A DNA stretch of 52,097 nucleotides from Minisyncoccota bacterium. GTDB lineage: Bacteria; Patescibacteriota; Minisyncoccia; UBA6257. The position numbers and the translations under genes are program-made. The notes under the pieces were generated by a model. It made no database searches. It saw only the letters and a list, made by a program, of their open reading frames with translations, and was not told where the DNA came from. The stretch spans positions 1 through 52,097 of the forward strand of contig JAQTTC010000002.1 in assembly GCA_028711005.1 (NCBI GenBank), in the 5' to 3' direction. Positions 44,066 through 52,097 of this stretch are shown here, in pieces. Position 1 is the stretch's first letter, and every line of letters starts with the position of its first letter.

Positions 44066-44094
44066 ATTAAAGCAAAATTTAGCTTAAAAGTCAA
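44066..44094 (-). promoter_or_regulatory. candidate sigma-70 promoter of the HTH/membrane/ATPase trio (leaderless geometry)
   Basis: On the minus strand: TTGACT (44089-44094), a 17-nt spacer, TTTAAT (44066-44071). Only 8 nt remain to the ATG at 44057, and there is no SD. Confidence 0.45.
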
Positions 44095-44120
44095 CCCCAT
44101 TTCACTCTCTTTACTCTCTT

Positions 44121-45008
44121 TTAAGCCTTTTTTATAGACCACTCATATAATAAAGGAGCAGCAAGAAAGACAGAAGAATAAGTTCCAATAATAACACCAC
44201 TAATCATAGCAACAACTAATATTTTAATAGAAAGAGGTCCAAAAAAATATAGTGTTAATAAAGGAAAAATCGTAGTTAAAGAAGTATTTAAAGATCTAAC
44301 TAAAGTTTGTTGAATACTTAAATTAATAATATTCTCTAAGCTATCTTTAATTTTTAATTTAAAGTTTTCCCTAATCCTATCAAAAACAACAATTGTATCA
44401 TGGACAGAATAACCAATAACTACCAATAAAGCTACCAAAAAATCAGAATTTACTTCCCATCCTTGAAATTTTCCTAAAATTACAAACAACCCTATTATAA
44501 AAATAGCATCATGCATTAAAACTAAAACTGCTAAAATTCCATATCTATAAGAAGGTACTCTTAATGAAGAATGACGAAAAGCATACCAGAGATATGTTAA
44601 AATTCCAAAGAAAACTAGAATAATCGCCCAAATAGATTTTGTTTTTAATTCCTGACCAATAGAAGGCCCAATAGATTCAAACCTTCTTTCTTCAATAGAA
44701 GGAATGATTTCTTTTAATTCTCCTAATAATTTAATATGTTTTTCTTCTGAAATATTTGAAAAACGTAAAATTAAACTATTCTCACTTGTTGTTTGAATAT
44801 CAACTTGACCTAAATCACTTTCTTTTAAGTAATTATTAATTTTTTCTGTTGATTGATTTATATTTTCTGCTACTGATAATTCCCAAAGAGAACCACCGGT
44901 AAAATCTATCCCAAAATTAAACCCCCAGATTAAAAGGCTTAATAAAGAAATCGTTATTATTATTCCTGAAAAACTATAAAATATTTTGCTCTTTTGAATA
45001 AAATTCAT
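44121..45008 (-). CDS. secF: protein translocase subunit SecF
   Basis: GIDFTGGS, six-TM layout, HDAIFIIGLF and VVFDRIREN blocks. It directly follows secD. Confidence 0.93.
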   Translation of the reverse strand: MNFIQKSKIFYSFSGIIITISLLSLLIWGFNFGIDFTGGSLWELSVAENINQSTEKINNYLKESDLGQVDIQTTSENSLILRFSNISEEKHIKLLGELKEIIPSIEERRFESIGPSIGQELKTKSIWAIILVFFGILTYLWYAFRHSSLRVPSYRYGILAVLVLMHDAIFIIGLFVILGKFQGWEVNSDFLVALLVVIGYSVHDTIVVFDRIRENFKLKIKDSLENIINLSIQQTLVRSLNTSLTTIFPLLTLYFFGPLSIKILVVAMISGVIIGTYSSVFLAAPLLYEWSIKKA

Positions 45009-45010
45009 TA

Positions 45011-46303
45011 TTACTGTTTATTTATTATAAATGTTTGTAAAAATATTCTTGTAATATAAATCGCTGTCAACAATCCTGCCCCTACTCCTATAGCTAATGT
45101 AAGCGCAAATCCCCTAATCATACTTGAGCTGAAATAATAAAGAATGATAGCTGAAATAATTGTAGCAATATTAGAATCACGAATAGCTGACCATGATCTT
45201 TGAAATCCATCTTCCATTGAAATCCACATTGGTTTATTTTTTCTCATCTCTTCTTTAGCATACTCAAAAATTAGAACGTTAGCATCAACTGCCATACCAA
45301 TAGAGAGAATAAAACCAGTTACTCCAGCTAAAGTAAGTGTTACTGGAATAAATTTAAAAATACTCAAAACTAAAATAACATAAATAATTAAAGAAATTGA
45401 AGCTAATAACCCTGGAAAACGGTAAAAAATACTCATAAATAAAATCACCAAAAGAAAACCAAACAAAGCAGCTTGACTGATCTTTTTAATTGATTCCTCT
45501 CCTAAAATAGCGCCAACAGATTGTTGAGAAATTAAACTAATTGGCACTGGTAAAGCTCCTTGGTTTAACCTTGCTGCCAACTCTCTAGCTTCAGCTAAGG
45601 TAAATTCTCCGGAAATCTGGGCAATACCTGAAGGAATTTCTTCACGCACTACTGGAATACTAATTGGGTAATCATCAAGATAAATAGCTAATGGATTACC
45701 AATATTATTTTTTGTTAACTCAGCAAAAATTTTTGAACCCTCATCATTAAATTTTAAATTAATTACTGGTAAAGAAGTTGTCTGATCAAAATCTATATCT
45801 GCTCTTTCTAAATATTTTCCTGTCAAAGCAGTGGCTTTAAAATATGGATCAACATCTGTTAACTCTTCGTTTTCTAATATAGCTTCAGTTTCTTCTTCTG
45901 AACGAATTTCTTTAAATTCTAAATACGGAGTTTCTCCAATCATTTTTATTGCCTCTTGAATATCCTTGATTCCAGCCAATTCAACTGTTAAGCGCCAGGC
46001 TTCTCCGCTTTTATTTACAGTTACTCGCGGTTCTCTCACCCCTGAATAATTAATTCTTCTTTCTATAACATCTCTTAAACCAGTCATAGCTGAAGAATAA
46101 TCAGCAGAATCAACATTACTTAAATCAGCCTCATAAATCAAAAGAGTCCCTCCAGAAATATCTAAACCAAAATTAAAATCTTTATAAAAAAAATCAGGTA
46201 GTTTTATTCCCCTAGCCGTCATTCCTTGAGGATAAATAAAAACTCCCAATAAAATGGTTGCAATAAAAATTCCAAAGATAATTAATATTTTTTTGTAATT
46301 CAT
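45011..46303 (-). CDS. secD: protein translocase subunit SecD
   Basis: GLDISGGT, large periplasmic domain, and C-terminal TM bundle with GMAVDANVLIFE. Confidence 0.93.
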   Translation of the reverse strand: MNYKKILIIFGIFIATILLGVFIYPQGMTARGIKLPDFFYKDFNFGLDISGGTLLIYEADLSNVDSADYSSAMTGLRDVIERRINYSGVREPRVTVNKSGEAWRLTVELAGIKDIQEAIKMIGETPYLEFKEIRSEEETEAILENEELTDVDPYFKATALTGKYLERADIDFDQTTSLPVINLKFNDEGSKIFAELTKNNIGNPLAIYLDDYPISIPVVREEIPSGIAQISGEFTLAEARELAARLNQGALPVPISLISQQSVGAILGEESIKKISQAALFGFLLVILFMSIFYRFPGLLASISLIIYVILVLSIFKFIPVTLTLAGVTGFILSIGMAVDANVLIFEYAKEEMRKNKPMWISMEDGFQRSWSAIRDSNIATIISAIILYYFSSSMIRGFALTLAIGVGAGLLTAIYITRIFLQTFIINKQ

Positions 46304-46429
46304 CCTGATTATCCTATCAAAAAATTAAATATAAAACAACCATTAGGTCCTATCTACCTGCTTTTTTATATTTTTAAGTTTCTCATTAAAAAGCTTTTCT
46401 AAATGGATTTTTTCATTTAAAACCAATGA

Positions 46430-46603
46430 CTAGATCCCAATCTGAATTGTTACTTTTAAAAAGTACAAAATTATAGCTAAAAAAATTAAGGTCGCAAAGA
46501 CCCCAGCAATAAACCCAGAAAGAGAAGAAGCTATAGTTGTTCCAATTTTAAATTTAAAATCTCGTGGCTCTTCAGAAACAAAATCTCTAGTTAGTTTAGA
46601 CAT
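46430..46603 (-). CDS. possible 57-aa tail-anchored membrane peptide (MSKLTRDFVSEEPRDFKFKIGTTIASSLSGFIAGVFATLIFLAIILYFLKVTIQIGI)
   Basis: The only sizeable ORF in the 459-bp gap between secD and tRNA-Lys. It has a charged head plus one TM helix. The RBS is weak (AAAGG), there is no clear promoter, and it is below the track cutoff. Confidence 0.3.
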   Translation of the reverse strand: MSKLTRDFVSEEPRDFKFKIGTTIASSLSGFIAGVFATLIFLAIILYFLKVTIQIGI

Positions 46604-46720
46604 TTATTTTATTACTGCCTTTGTATTTAACAATTGGCAGATTTTTTAATTTAAATTTTAGACCGTTTTCATATATCGACCTAAATTTACTATTAACATA
46701 TTATACCTAAATAAAAAATC

Positions 46721-46741
46721 AAATACAATTAAATTGTATTT
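46721..46741 (-). terminator. AT-only inverted repeat after tRNA-Lys (weak terminator candidate)
   Basis: aaatacaatt / aattgtattt inverted repeat, followed on the minus strand by GATTTTTTAT. The stem has no GC pairs, so stability is doubtful. Confidence 0.3.
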
Positions 46742-46762
46742 AAAATTAAAACTTTTTAAATG

Positions 46763-46835
46763 TGCCCCCGCCGCGACTCGAACGCGGAACCACTAGCTTA
46801 AAAGGCTATTGCTCTACCAATTGAGCTACGGGGGC
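46763..46835 (-). tRNA. tRNA-Lys (anticodon UUU)
   Basis: I folded the minus strand by hand. Acceptor GCCCCCG/CGGGGGC, D-arm GCTC-AATTGGTA-GAGC, anticodon arm ATAGC-CTTTTAA-GCTAG (one A/G mismatch at 27-43), variable loop TGGTT, T-arm CCGCG-TTCGAGT-CGCGG, discriminator A. No encoded CCA. Confidence 0.9.
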
Positions 46836-46846
46836 AATTAATATAT

Positions 46847-47323
46847 TTATTTTTTATTCTCCTGTATTTTATCAATTTTGTCTTCTACTTTCTTTTCAAT
46901 CGGCAAAACAACAATATTAATAAAAAGAACTAAAAAAGTAGTAAAAATAGCCAACCAATACAACCCCAATCCAACTGTCGCTCCAATTGCTGCTGTGACC
47001 CACATCATCGCTGCGGTGGTCAAATTTCTTACTATTCCATCTTGAGTTCTGAAAATAATTATACCTGCTCCTAAAAATCCAATTCCTACAATAATCTGAC
47101 CTAAAGTTCGGGATGGATCTAAGCTTGAAACACTTAAATATTGTCCAAAACTTAAATGAGAAACGATTACAAAAAGAGCTGCTCCTAAACTAATCATTGA
47201 AAAAGTCCTTGTTCCAGCTTCTTTTCTTGCCCACTCTCTTTCAATTCCAATCAGAGCGCCAAGAGCTGCTGCTAATAATAAACTTTTAAAACTTAACAAT
47301 AAAACACTTGACGAAATATCCAT
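46847..47323 (-). CDS. MgtC/SapB family membrane protein
   Basis: LLAAALGALIGIEREWARKEAGTRTFSMISLGAALFVIV and the following TM helices match the MgtC N-terminal membrane domain. Confidence 0.85.
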   Translation of the reverse strand: MDISSSVLLLSFKSLLLAAALGALIGIEREWARKEAGTRTFSMISLGAALFVIVSHLSFGQYLSVSSLDPSRTLGQIIVGIGFLGAGIIIFRTQDGIVRNLTTAAMMWVTAAIGATVGLGLYWLAIFTTFLVLFINIVVLPIEKKVEDKIDKIQENKK

Positions 47324-47371
47324 TAGATAATACTATATCATTAGAAAAAATAAAAATCAAATTAAAATATT

Positions 47372-47932
47372 ATGATATCTACATCTGATTTCGAAAAAGG
47401 CATTGTTATTAAAATCGATAATGAAGCTTGGCAAATTATTAATTTTGAATTCTATAAACCAGGCAAAGGAGGAGCAGTCATGAGAACTCAATTAAAAAAC
47501 TTCCAGACTGGAAAAACTTTAGAAAGAACATTTCGTTCTGGAGACAAATTTGAGGAGATTGAAGTTGATTATCAGGAAGCTCTTTATCTTTATGCTGATA
47601 GAAGATCAGCAGTTTTCCAATTTAAAAAGAATCAGGAAAGGATTAGCTTTGACTTAGAAAAAGTACAAGACTTAATTAAGTTTATAAAAGAACGAACAGA
47701 AGTTTCTATTATTTTTCTTGATGAAAAGCCTGTCTCAATTAAAATCCCTATCAAAATGGAATTATTAGTTACTGAAGCTCCAGAAGCAATAAAAGGCAAT
47801 ACTGTCAGTGGGGCTATAAAAACTGTTACATTAGAAAATGGATTAAAAATAAATACACCTCTTTTTGTAAAAGAGGGCGATAGAATCATCATTAATACTG
47901 AAACTGGTCAATACGTTGAAAGAGCAAAATAA
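47372..47932 (+). CDS. efp: elongation factor P
   Basis: ISTSDFEKGIVIKIDNEAWQIINFEFYKPGKGGAVMRTQLKN with the KPGKG loop, and three-domain length (186 aa). Confidence 0.95.
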   Translation: MISTSDFEKGIVIKIDNEAWQIINFEFYKPGKGGAVMRTQLKNFQTGKTLERTFRSGDKFEEIEVDYQEALYLYADRRSAVFQFKKNQERISFDLEKVQDLIKFIKERTEVSIIFLDEKPVSIKIPIKMELLVTEAPEAIKGNTVSGAIKTVTLENGLKINTPLFVKEGDRIIINTETGQYVERAK

Positions 47933-47934
47933 GA

Positions 47935-49731
47935 CTATTTAACAGTTACGCTCTTTGCTAAATTACGAGGTTTATCAGGGTCAATACCTTTTTCTAAAGC
48001 GATGTAATAACTTAAAAGTTGAATTGGTGGAACATTCATTAAAAGAGAAAATATTTCTGAAACTTCTGGCACCGTAATAAAGAAATCAAAATCTTTTTTC
48101 TTCTCTGGACCAATGCCAATGATATAAGCACCACGACTTTGTAATTCCATTGCATTAATTAAAGTATTTTCCTCTTCCTCACTTTTAGATAAATGAATAA
48201 TACATGGTGTTCCTTTTTCAATTAAGGCAATGACTCCATGCTTCAATTCTCCTCCAGCAAAAGCCTCGGCATGAACATAACAACCTTCTTTAATCTTTAA
48301 AGCAGTTTCTAAAGTAGTTGGGTAATTATAGCTGCGACCAATAACAAAAAGATGATCAACAGAAGATAATTTTTTAGCTAACTGTTTTATCTGAGCAATG
48401 AATTTTTTATCTTCCAATAACAAGCCTATCTGACGGCTGATTTTTTTTAATTCTCTTTCACCTTCACTATGTTTATCTAAAACAGCAAAAAGAATTAAAA
48501 TGATCAAACTCAACTGAGCTAAATAACTTTTTGTCGCTAAAACACATTTTTCCGGACCAGCGTTAATCATTAAAACATAATCACTAATCCTGGTTAAAGT
48601 TGATCCCATGACATTAACCAAAGAAACAACCTTAATCCCCTTTTCTTTAGCCATTCTTACAGCTTCAAGAGTATCAATAGTCTCTCCACTCTGAGAAACT
48701 GCAATTAACAAAGTTTTTTTATCTAAAGCTGGAAGAAAATTCTTAAATTCACTAGCCACACTAAATCCAGTTCGCCTTCCCAATAAAGAAGAAAACAAAT
48801 ACTGACCAGCTAAACAAGAATGACCAGCAGTGCCACAAGCAACAAAAAAAACACTTGAACTTTTCTTAATTAAATTCGCAACTGATTTTAATGTTTTTTT
48901 ATCTTGCCAAGCAGCTTTCTTTATTACTTCTGGAATTTCTTTAATCTCTTTAATCATAAAATGGGGATATTTTCCTTTTTCTGCCTCTTCCTTGGTCCAT
49001 TTAATAATATTAATTTTCTTTTTTAAAGTTTTTTTAGAAATTAAATTCCTAATTATATATTCTTGATTATTAATAAAATGAACCATATCTCCGTCGTCTA
49101 AAAAGATAACTTTATTTGTTTTATCTAAAAAAGCAGGAATATCAGAAGCCAAGAAAAGTCCTTGATTGCCTATACCCATTACTAAAGGTGAGCCTTTTCG
49201 AGTGCCAATAATTTGACCAGTTTCTTTATCTAAAACCACAATAGCAAACAAACCATCTAATCGATTAAAAGTTTTTTCACAAGAAATAACAAAACTATAT
49301 TTCTTTCTGTATTCTTCAATTAAATGAGGGATAACTTCAGTATCAGTTTCTGAAACAAAACGATGTCCTTTTTTAACTAATTCTTCTTTTAAACTTTCAT
49401 AATTTTCAACAATTCCATTATGAACTACAAAGATTTTCTGGTCACAAGAAAAATGGGGATGAGCATTTGCTTCTGTCACACTTCCATGTGTTGCCCATCT
49501 TGAGTGACCAATTCCAATTTCCCCTTCTAACATTTCATCATGAGCCTGTTTCTTCTTAACTTCTCGCAACAAGTTTTCTACTTTACCTGTTTTTTTAATT
49601 AAAAATGTTTTATTTTTTGAAACTACACAAAGACCAGCAGAGTCATATCCTCTGTATTCAAGATGCCTTAAACCGTCCATTACAATTTGAACAGCATTCT
49701 CTTTTCCTTTATAAGCAATAATGCCACACAT
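47935..49731 (-). CDS. glmS: glutamine--fructose-6-phosphate aminotransferase (isomerizing)
   Basis: N-terminal MCGIIAY nucleophile, GIGHSRWATHG, two SIS domains, and C-terminal DKPRNLAKSVTVK. Confidence 0.95.
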   Translation of the reverse strand: MCGIIAYKGKENAVQIVMDGLRHLEYRGYDSAGLCVVSKNKTFLIKKTGKVENLLREVKKKQAHDEMLEGEIGIGHSRWATHGSVTEANAHPHFSCDQKIFVVHNGIVENYESLKEELVKKGHRFVSETDTEVIPHLIEEYRKKYSFVISCEKTFNRLDGLFAIVVLDKETGQIIGTRKGSPLVMGIGNQGLFLASDIPAFLDKTNKVIFLDDGDMVHFINNQEYIIRNLISKKTLKKKINIIKWTKEEAEKGKYPHFMIKEIKEIPEVIKKAAWQDKKTLKSVANLIKKSSSVFFVACGTAGHSCLAGQYLFSSLLGRRTGFSVASEFKNFLPALDKKTLLIAVSQSGETIDTLEAVRMAKEKGIKVVSLVNVMGSTLTRISDYVLMINAGPEKCVLATKSYLAQLSLIILILFAVLDKHSEGERELKKISRQIGLLLEDKKFIAQIKQLAKKLSSVDHLFVIGRSYNYPTTLETALKIKEGCYVHAEAFAGGELKHGVIALIEKGTPCIIHLSKSEEEENTLINAMELQSRGAYIIGIGPEKKKDFDFFITVPEVSEIFSLLMNVPPIQLLSYYIALEKGIDPDKPRNLAKSVTVK

Positions 49732-49733
49732 AA

Positions 49734-50096
49734 TTATCCTCTAGGATCAATTTTAATACCGTCTTTAAAATAGCGTGGAACAACATGGATATGAGGACGA
49801 TGAGCAATACCAGACTGAGCTGCTTCGCCCTGATTAATCAAGAGATTGTATCCATCAGCTTTTATCTCTTTAATATGTTTTTCTGCTAAATCACGGGCTA
49901 AAGAGCAAATCTTTTGCCATTCTTCTTTTGGCATTTCTCCAACATTAGCATAATGATTTTTTGAAAACAAAACAAAATGCCCTTCACTAATAGGACTAAT
50001 ATCAAAAATGGCTAAAAAATTATCATCCTCATAATATTTTTGTGAAGGAATTTCTCCTTTAATGATTTTACAAAAAATACAATTTGGATCTAACAT
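49734..50096 (-). CDS. HIT family hydrolase
   Basis: CIFCKIIKGEIPS N-terminus and histidine-triad region AHRPHIHVVPR. The first His of HxHxH is displaced. Confidence 0.85.
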   Translation of the reverse strand: MLDPNCIFCKIIKGEIPSQKYYEDDNFLAIFDISPISEGHFVLFSKNHYANVGEMPKEEWQKICSLARDLAEKHIKEIKADGYNLLINQGEAAQSGIAHRPHIHVVPRYFKDGIKIDPRG

Positions 50097-50107
50097 ATTT
50101 TTTATTA

Positions 50108-51118
50108 TTAAATTAAATTTTTTAATTCATTATTTAAATAACCATTAATATTTTCCATTGTTGTTATTAAAATATTTTCCAAAGCTTCTTTTGTGTTAAA
50201 AGCATTATGAGGAGAAATAATAACATTATCTAAATCAATAAAAATATGATTGGCTAAAAGAGTTTTTAATTTCTCTGTTGTAATATCTTGTTTTTCTGCC
50301 AACATTCTTTGTTCTTCCTTTAAATCCCCTTCTTCTTCTAAAACATCTAAGGCAGCACCAGCAAGATGATTTTTCTTTAAGGCTTGATAAAGAGCATCTG
50401 TTTCTATTACTCCACCTCGAGAAGTATTAATGATATAAGCACCTGGTTTAATTTTTAAAATATTATCTTTATTAATTAAATGATGAGTTTCTTCTGTATA
50501 AGGAACATGCAAACTGATAACATCTGATTGAGCTAATAAATCTTCTAAATTAAAATATTCAAATTCTAACTCTTCAGCTAAATCTTCCTGAGGGTATTTA
50601 TCATAAGCAATCACTTTCATTGAAAAACCTTTAGCTATCTTTATTACTTCCCGTCCAATTTTCCCTGTGCCAATTACTCCTAAAGTTTTATTAAACAATT
50701 CTTCTCCTTGTAACCCTTCTAAAGAAAAACTCCCTGTTTCTCTTACTTGATGATAAGCATTATAGACTTTTCTTATTAAGCATAAGAGTAAAGCAAAAGT
50801 ATATTCTGCTACTGTATGATCTCCATAATTAGGTACACTGGAAACTGAAATACCATTTTCTTTACAATAATCTAAATCAATATGATCAAAGCCTGTAGAA
50901 CGAGTAGCAATAAACTTCAAATTATTTAACTGACTTAATACTTGTTGAGATAATTGAGAACCAATGAAAACTGAGATAATCTCATAATCTTTAAATTCTC
51001 CAGCATTTTTATGAGTCAATTTCTCTTCACTAAAATCAACTAAATTAAAAAAATCAGGATATTTTTGAAGAATATTCTTTTCTTTTTCAGTTGCCTCAAA
51101 AAAGATTATTTTTTTCAT
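50108..51118 (-). CDS. D-isomer-specific 2-hydroxyacid dehydrogenase (D-lactate dehydrogenase-like)
   Basis: NAD-binding GVIGTGKIGREV. Catalytic-region blocks INTSRGGVIE, AALDVLEEE and ISPHNAFNT. Confidence 0.88.
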   Translation of the reverse strand: MKKIIFFEATEKEKNILQKYPDFFNLVDFSEEKLTHKNAGEFKDYEIISVFIGSQLSQQVLSQLNNLKFIATRSTGFDHIDLDYCKENGISVSSVPNYGDHTVAEYTFALLLCLIRKVYNAYHQVRETGSFSLEGLQGEELFNKTLGVIGTGKIGREVIKIAKGFSMKVIAYDKYPQEDLAEELEFEYFNLEDLLAQSDVISLHVPYTEETHHLINKDNILKIKPGAYIINTSRGGVIETDALYQALKKNHLAGAALDVLEEEGDLKEEQRMLAEKQDITTEKLKTLLANHIFIDLDNVIISPHNAFNTKEALENILITTMENINGYLNNELKNLI

Positions 51119-52097
51119 CTTTGATTATATATATTTACTAACCTATTATATTTTACCATTCTTTCCTCTGGTTGAGGAGCCCCAGATTTTAAGGCCCAAG
51201 CTTTACTTGCCCAAGCTAAATCAGCAATAAAATCATCTTCAGTTTCTGCGCTTCGATGGCTAACAATAATCTTTATCTTGTTTTCAATTGCCAAATTAAT
51301 AGTCTTTAAAGTTTCTGAAATCGTACCAATCTGAGTTGGTTTAATAATCACCCCGTTAATAGCTTTCATCTTAATTGCCTCTTCAACTAATTCATAATTA
51401 GTTGCTGTTAAATCATCGCCGATTACTATGGTTTTTGATTTTCTAGCAGCCGCTAATGCTTTAAAACTTTCTAAATCTTTTTCCTCAAAAGGATCTTCTA
51501 AAGAAAGAATATCATGTTGAGTTATTAATTTTTTATAAATTTCTAATAACTCTTGTTTAGAAACCGCTTTATCTTCTTCTAGTAAATACTGTTCTTTATC
51601 TTTATCATAAAAAAAATTAGCAGCCACATCTAAAGAAAACTTGATTTTCCCCTTTAGATTTAATTTATCTCTAATCTCTTCAAAAATTTCTAGAGGTTGT
51701 TCGTAATTTTCTCCGGGAAATAATAACCCTCCCTCATCTCCAAATTTATTATCTCCAAACTCTTTTTTAAAATATTCTTTTAAACCAGTAAAAAATATCT
51801 GTGCAGTTTCTAAAGAAACCTTAGGACCGTCTACTTGAGGAACAATCATATATTCTTGAATCCTAGGACCGTAAGGAGCATGCAAACCTCCATTAATTAA
51901 ATTGAATAAAAATAGAGGAATCTGTTTTTTATCATCAACAGAAAGATATGTTTCTAAGTACTGCCAAAGCTCTATTCCTTCTTTTTTAGCTGCTAAACGA
52001 CAAAATGCCTGAGACAAAACTAAAATTAAATTTCCTCCAAGAACACTTTTAATCTTTGTACCATCTAGTTCCATTAGAAAATTATCAAAATCATTAA
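51115..52097 (-). CDS. eno: enolase (partial; N-terminus beyond window end)
   Basis: LDGTKIKSVLGGNLILVLSQA, IGDDLTATN, IKPTQIGTISET, SHRSAETEDDFIADLA, KSGAPQPEERMVKYNRL. The frame stays open upstream of the track's Met to position 52097. The TGA overlaps the next ATG as ATGA. Confidence 0.9.
   Translation of the reverse strand, partial: NDFDNFLMELDGTKIKSVLGGNLILVLSQAFCRLAAKKEGIELWQYLETYLSVDDKKQIPLFLFNLINGGLHAPYGPRIQEYMIVPQVDGPKVSLETAQIFFTGLKEYFKKEFGDNKFGDEGGLLFPGENYEQPLEIFEEIRDKLNLKGKIKFSLDVAANFFYDKDKEQYLLEEDKAVSKQELLEIYKKLITQHDILSLEDPFEEKDLESFKALAAARKSKTIVIGDDLTATNYELVEEAIKMKAINGVIIKPTQIGTISETLKTINLAIENKIKIIVSHRSAETEDDFIADLAWASKAWALKSGAPQPEERMVKYNRLVNIYNQR

Noticed and set aside
10176-49066. 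Other short track ORFs nested in or antisense to well-supported genes: 10176..10376, 10977..11279, 12017..12268, 15477..15683, 25864..26109, 27830..28126, 29799..30038, 34853..35044, 35342..35536, 37450..37644, 38052..38249, 41518..41718, 47632..47892, 48830..49066
   Set aside because: Each lies wholly or largely within a longer ORF with clear family motifs (murC/S41 peptidase, rpmA, recombinase, pyrE, rpoA, rpsK/rpsM, Mur ligase, dnaG, ATPase, efp, glmS). Their translations are low-complexity and they lack start signals.
1-52097. CRISPR arrays, rRNA genes, IS elements/transposases, long direct or tandem repeats
   Set aside because: Reading through all intergenic regions, I found no regularly spaced repeats, no rRNA-like GC-rich structured stretch and no transposase-like ORF. 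The only inverted repeats are short terminator-type hairpins.
1-52097. Alternative genetic code (UGA reassigned, as in some candidate phyla)
   Set aside because: Recognisable genes are full length under the standard code. TGA also acts as a genuine stop, at 14226-14228 followed by an SD and the next gene, and at 51115-51117 at the expected enolase C-terminus.

Overview
The window is a strongly AT-rich, tightly packed bacterial chromosome segment. It has long co-directional gene runs and many 1-4 nt start/stop overlaps. By inference it resembles a reduced-genome Patescibacteria/CPR-type organism. Most of it is housekeeping: the infA-rpmJ-rpsM-rpsK-rpsD-rpoA-rplQ-rplM-rpsI block, rplI, rpmA, rpoD, dnaG, gltX, alaS, efp, def-fmt and secDF. 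It also carries scattered cell-wall genes (murC, murG, ftsW, ddl, a MurE-like ligase, an amidase), a MacAB-like efflux set, glmS, a D-2-hydroxyacid dehydrogenase, a partial enolase and one tRNA-Lys(UUU). I saw no rRNA, CRISPR array or transposase. Seven things stand out. (1) A translationally coupled trio encodes a sigma-region-4/HARE-HTH protein, a membrane protein and a TM-less VirD4/TraD-like ATPase with a zinc ribbon, with no other secretion genes nearby. (2) A consensus-promoter cassette of three tiny Lys-rich proteins plus an unlisted 54-aa two-TM protein sits between a Cas4-like nuclease and a tyrosine recombinase. (3) A self-contained pyrE operon carries two paralogous small proteins and an unlisted 26-aa hydrophobic peptide. 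(4) AGGAGG ribosome-binding sites occur only on these small-gene units, while core genes have none and several look leaderless. (5) PriA is split and has lost its ATPase motifs. (6) An AmmeMemoRadiSam trio shares overlapping divergent promoters with a small RHH-like gene. (7) RpoD has a polybasic N-terminus. All functional readings are based on motifs read by eye; no database search was possible.
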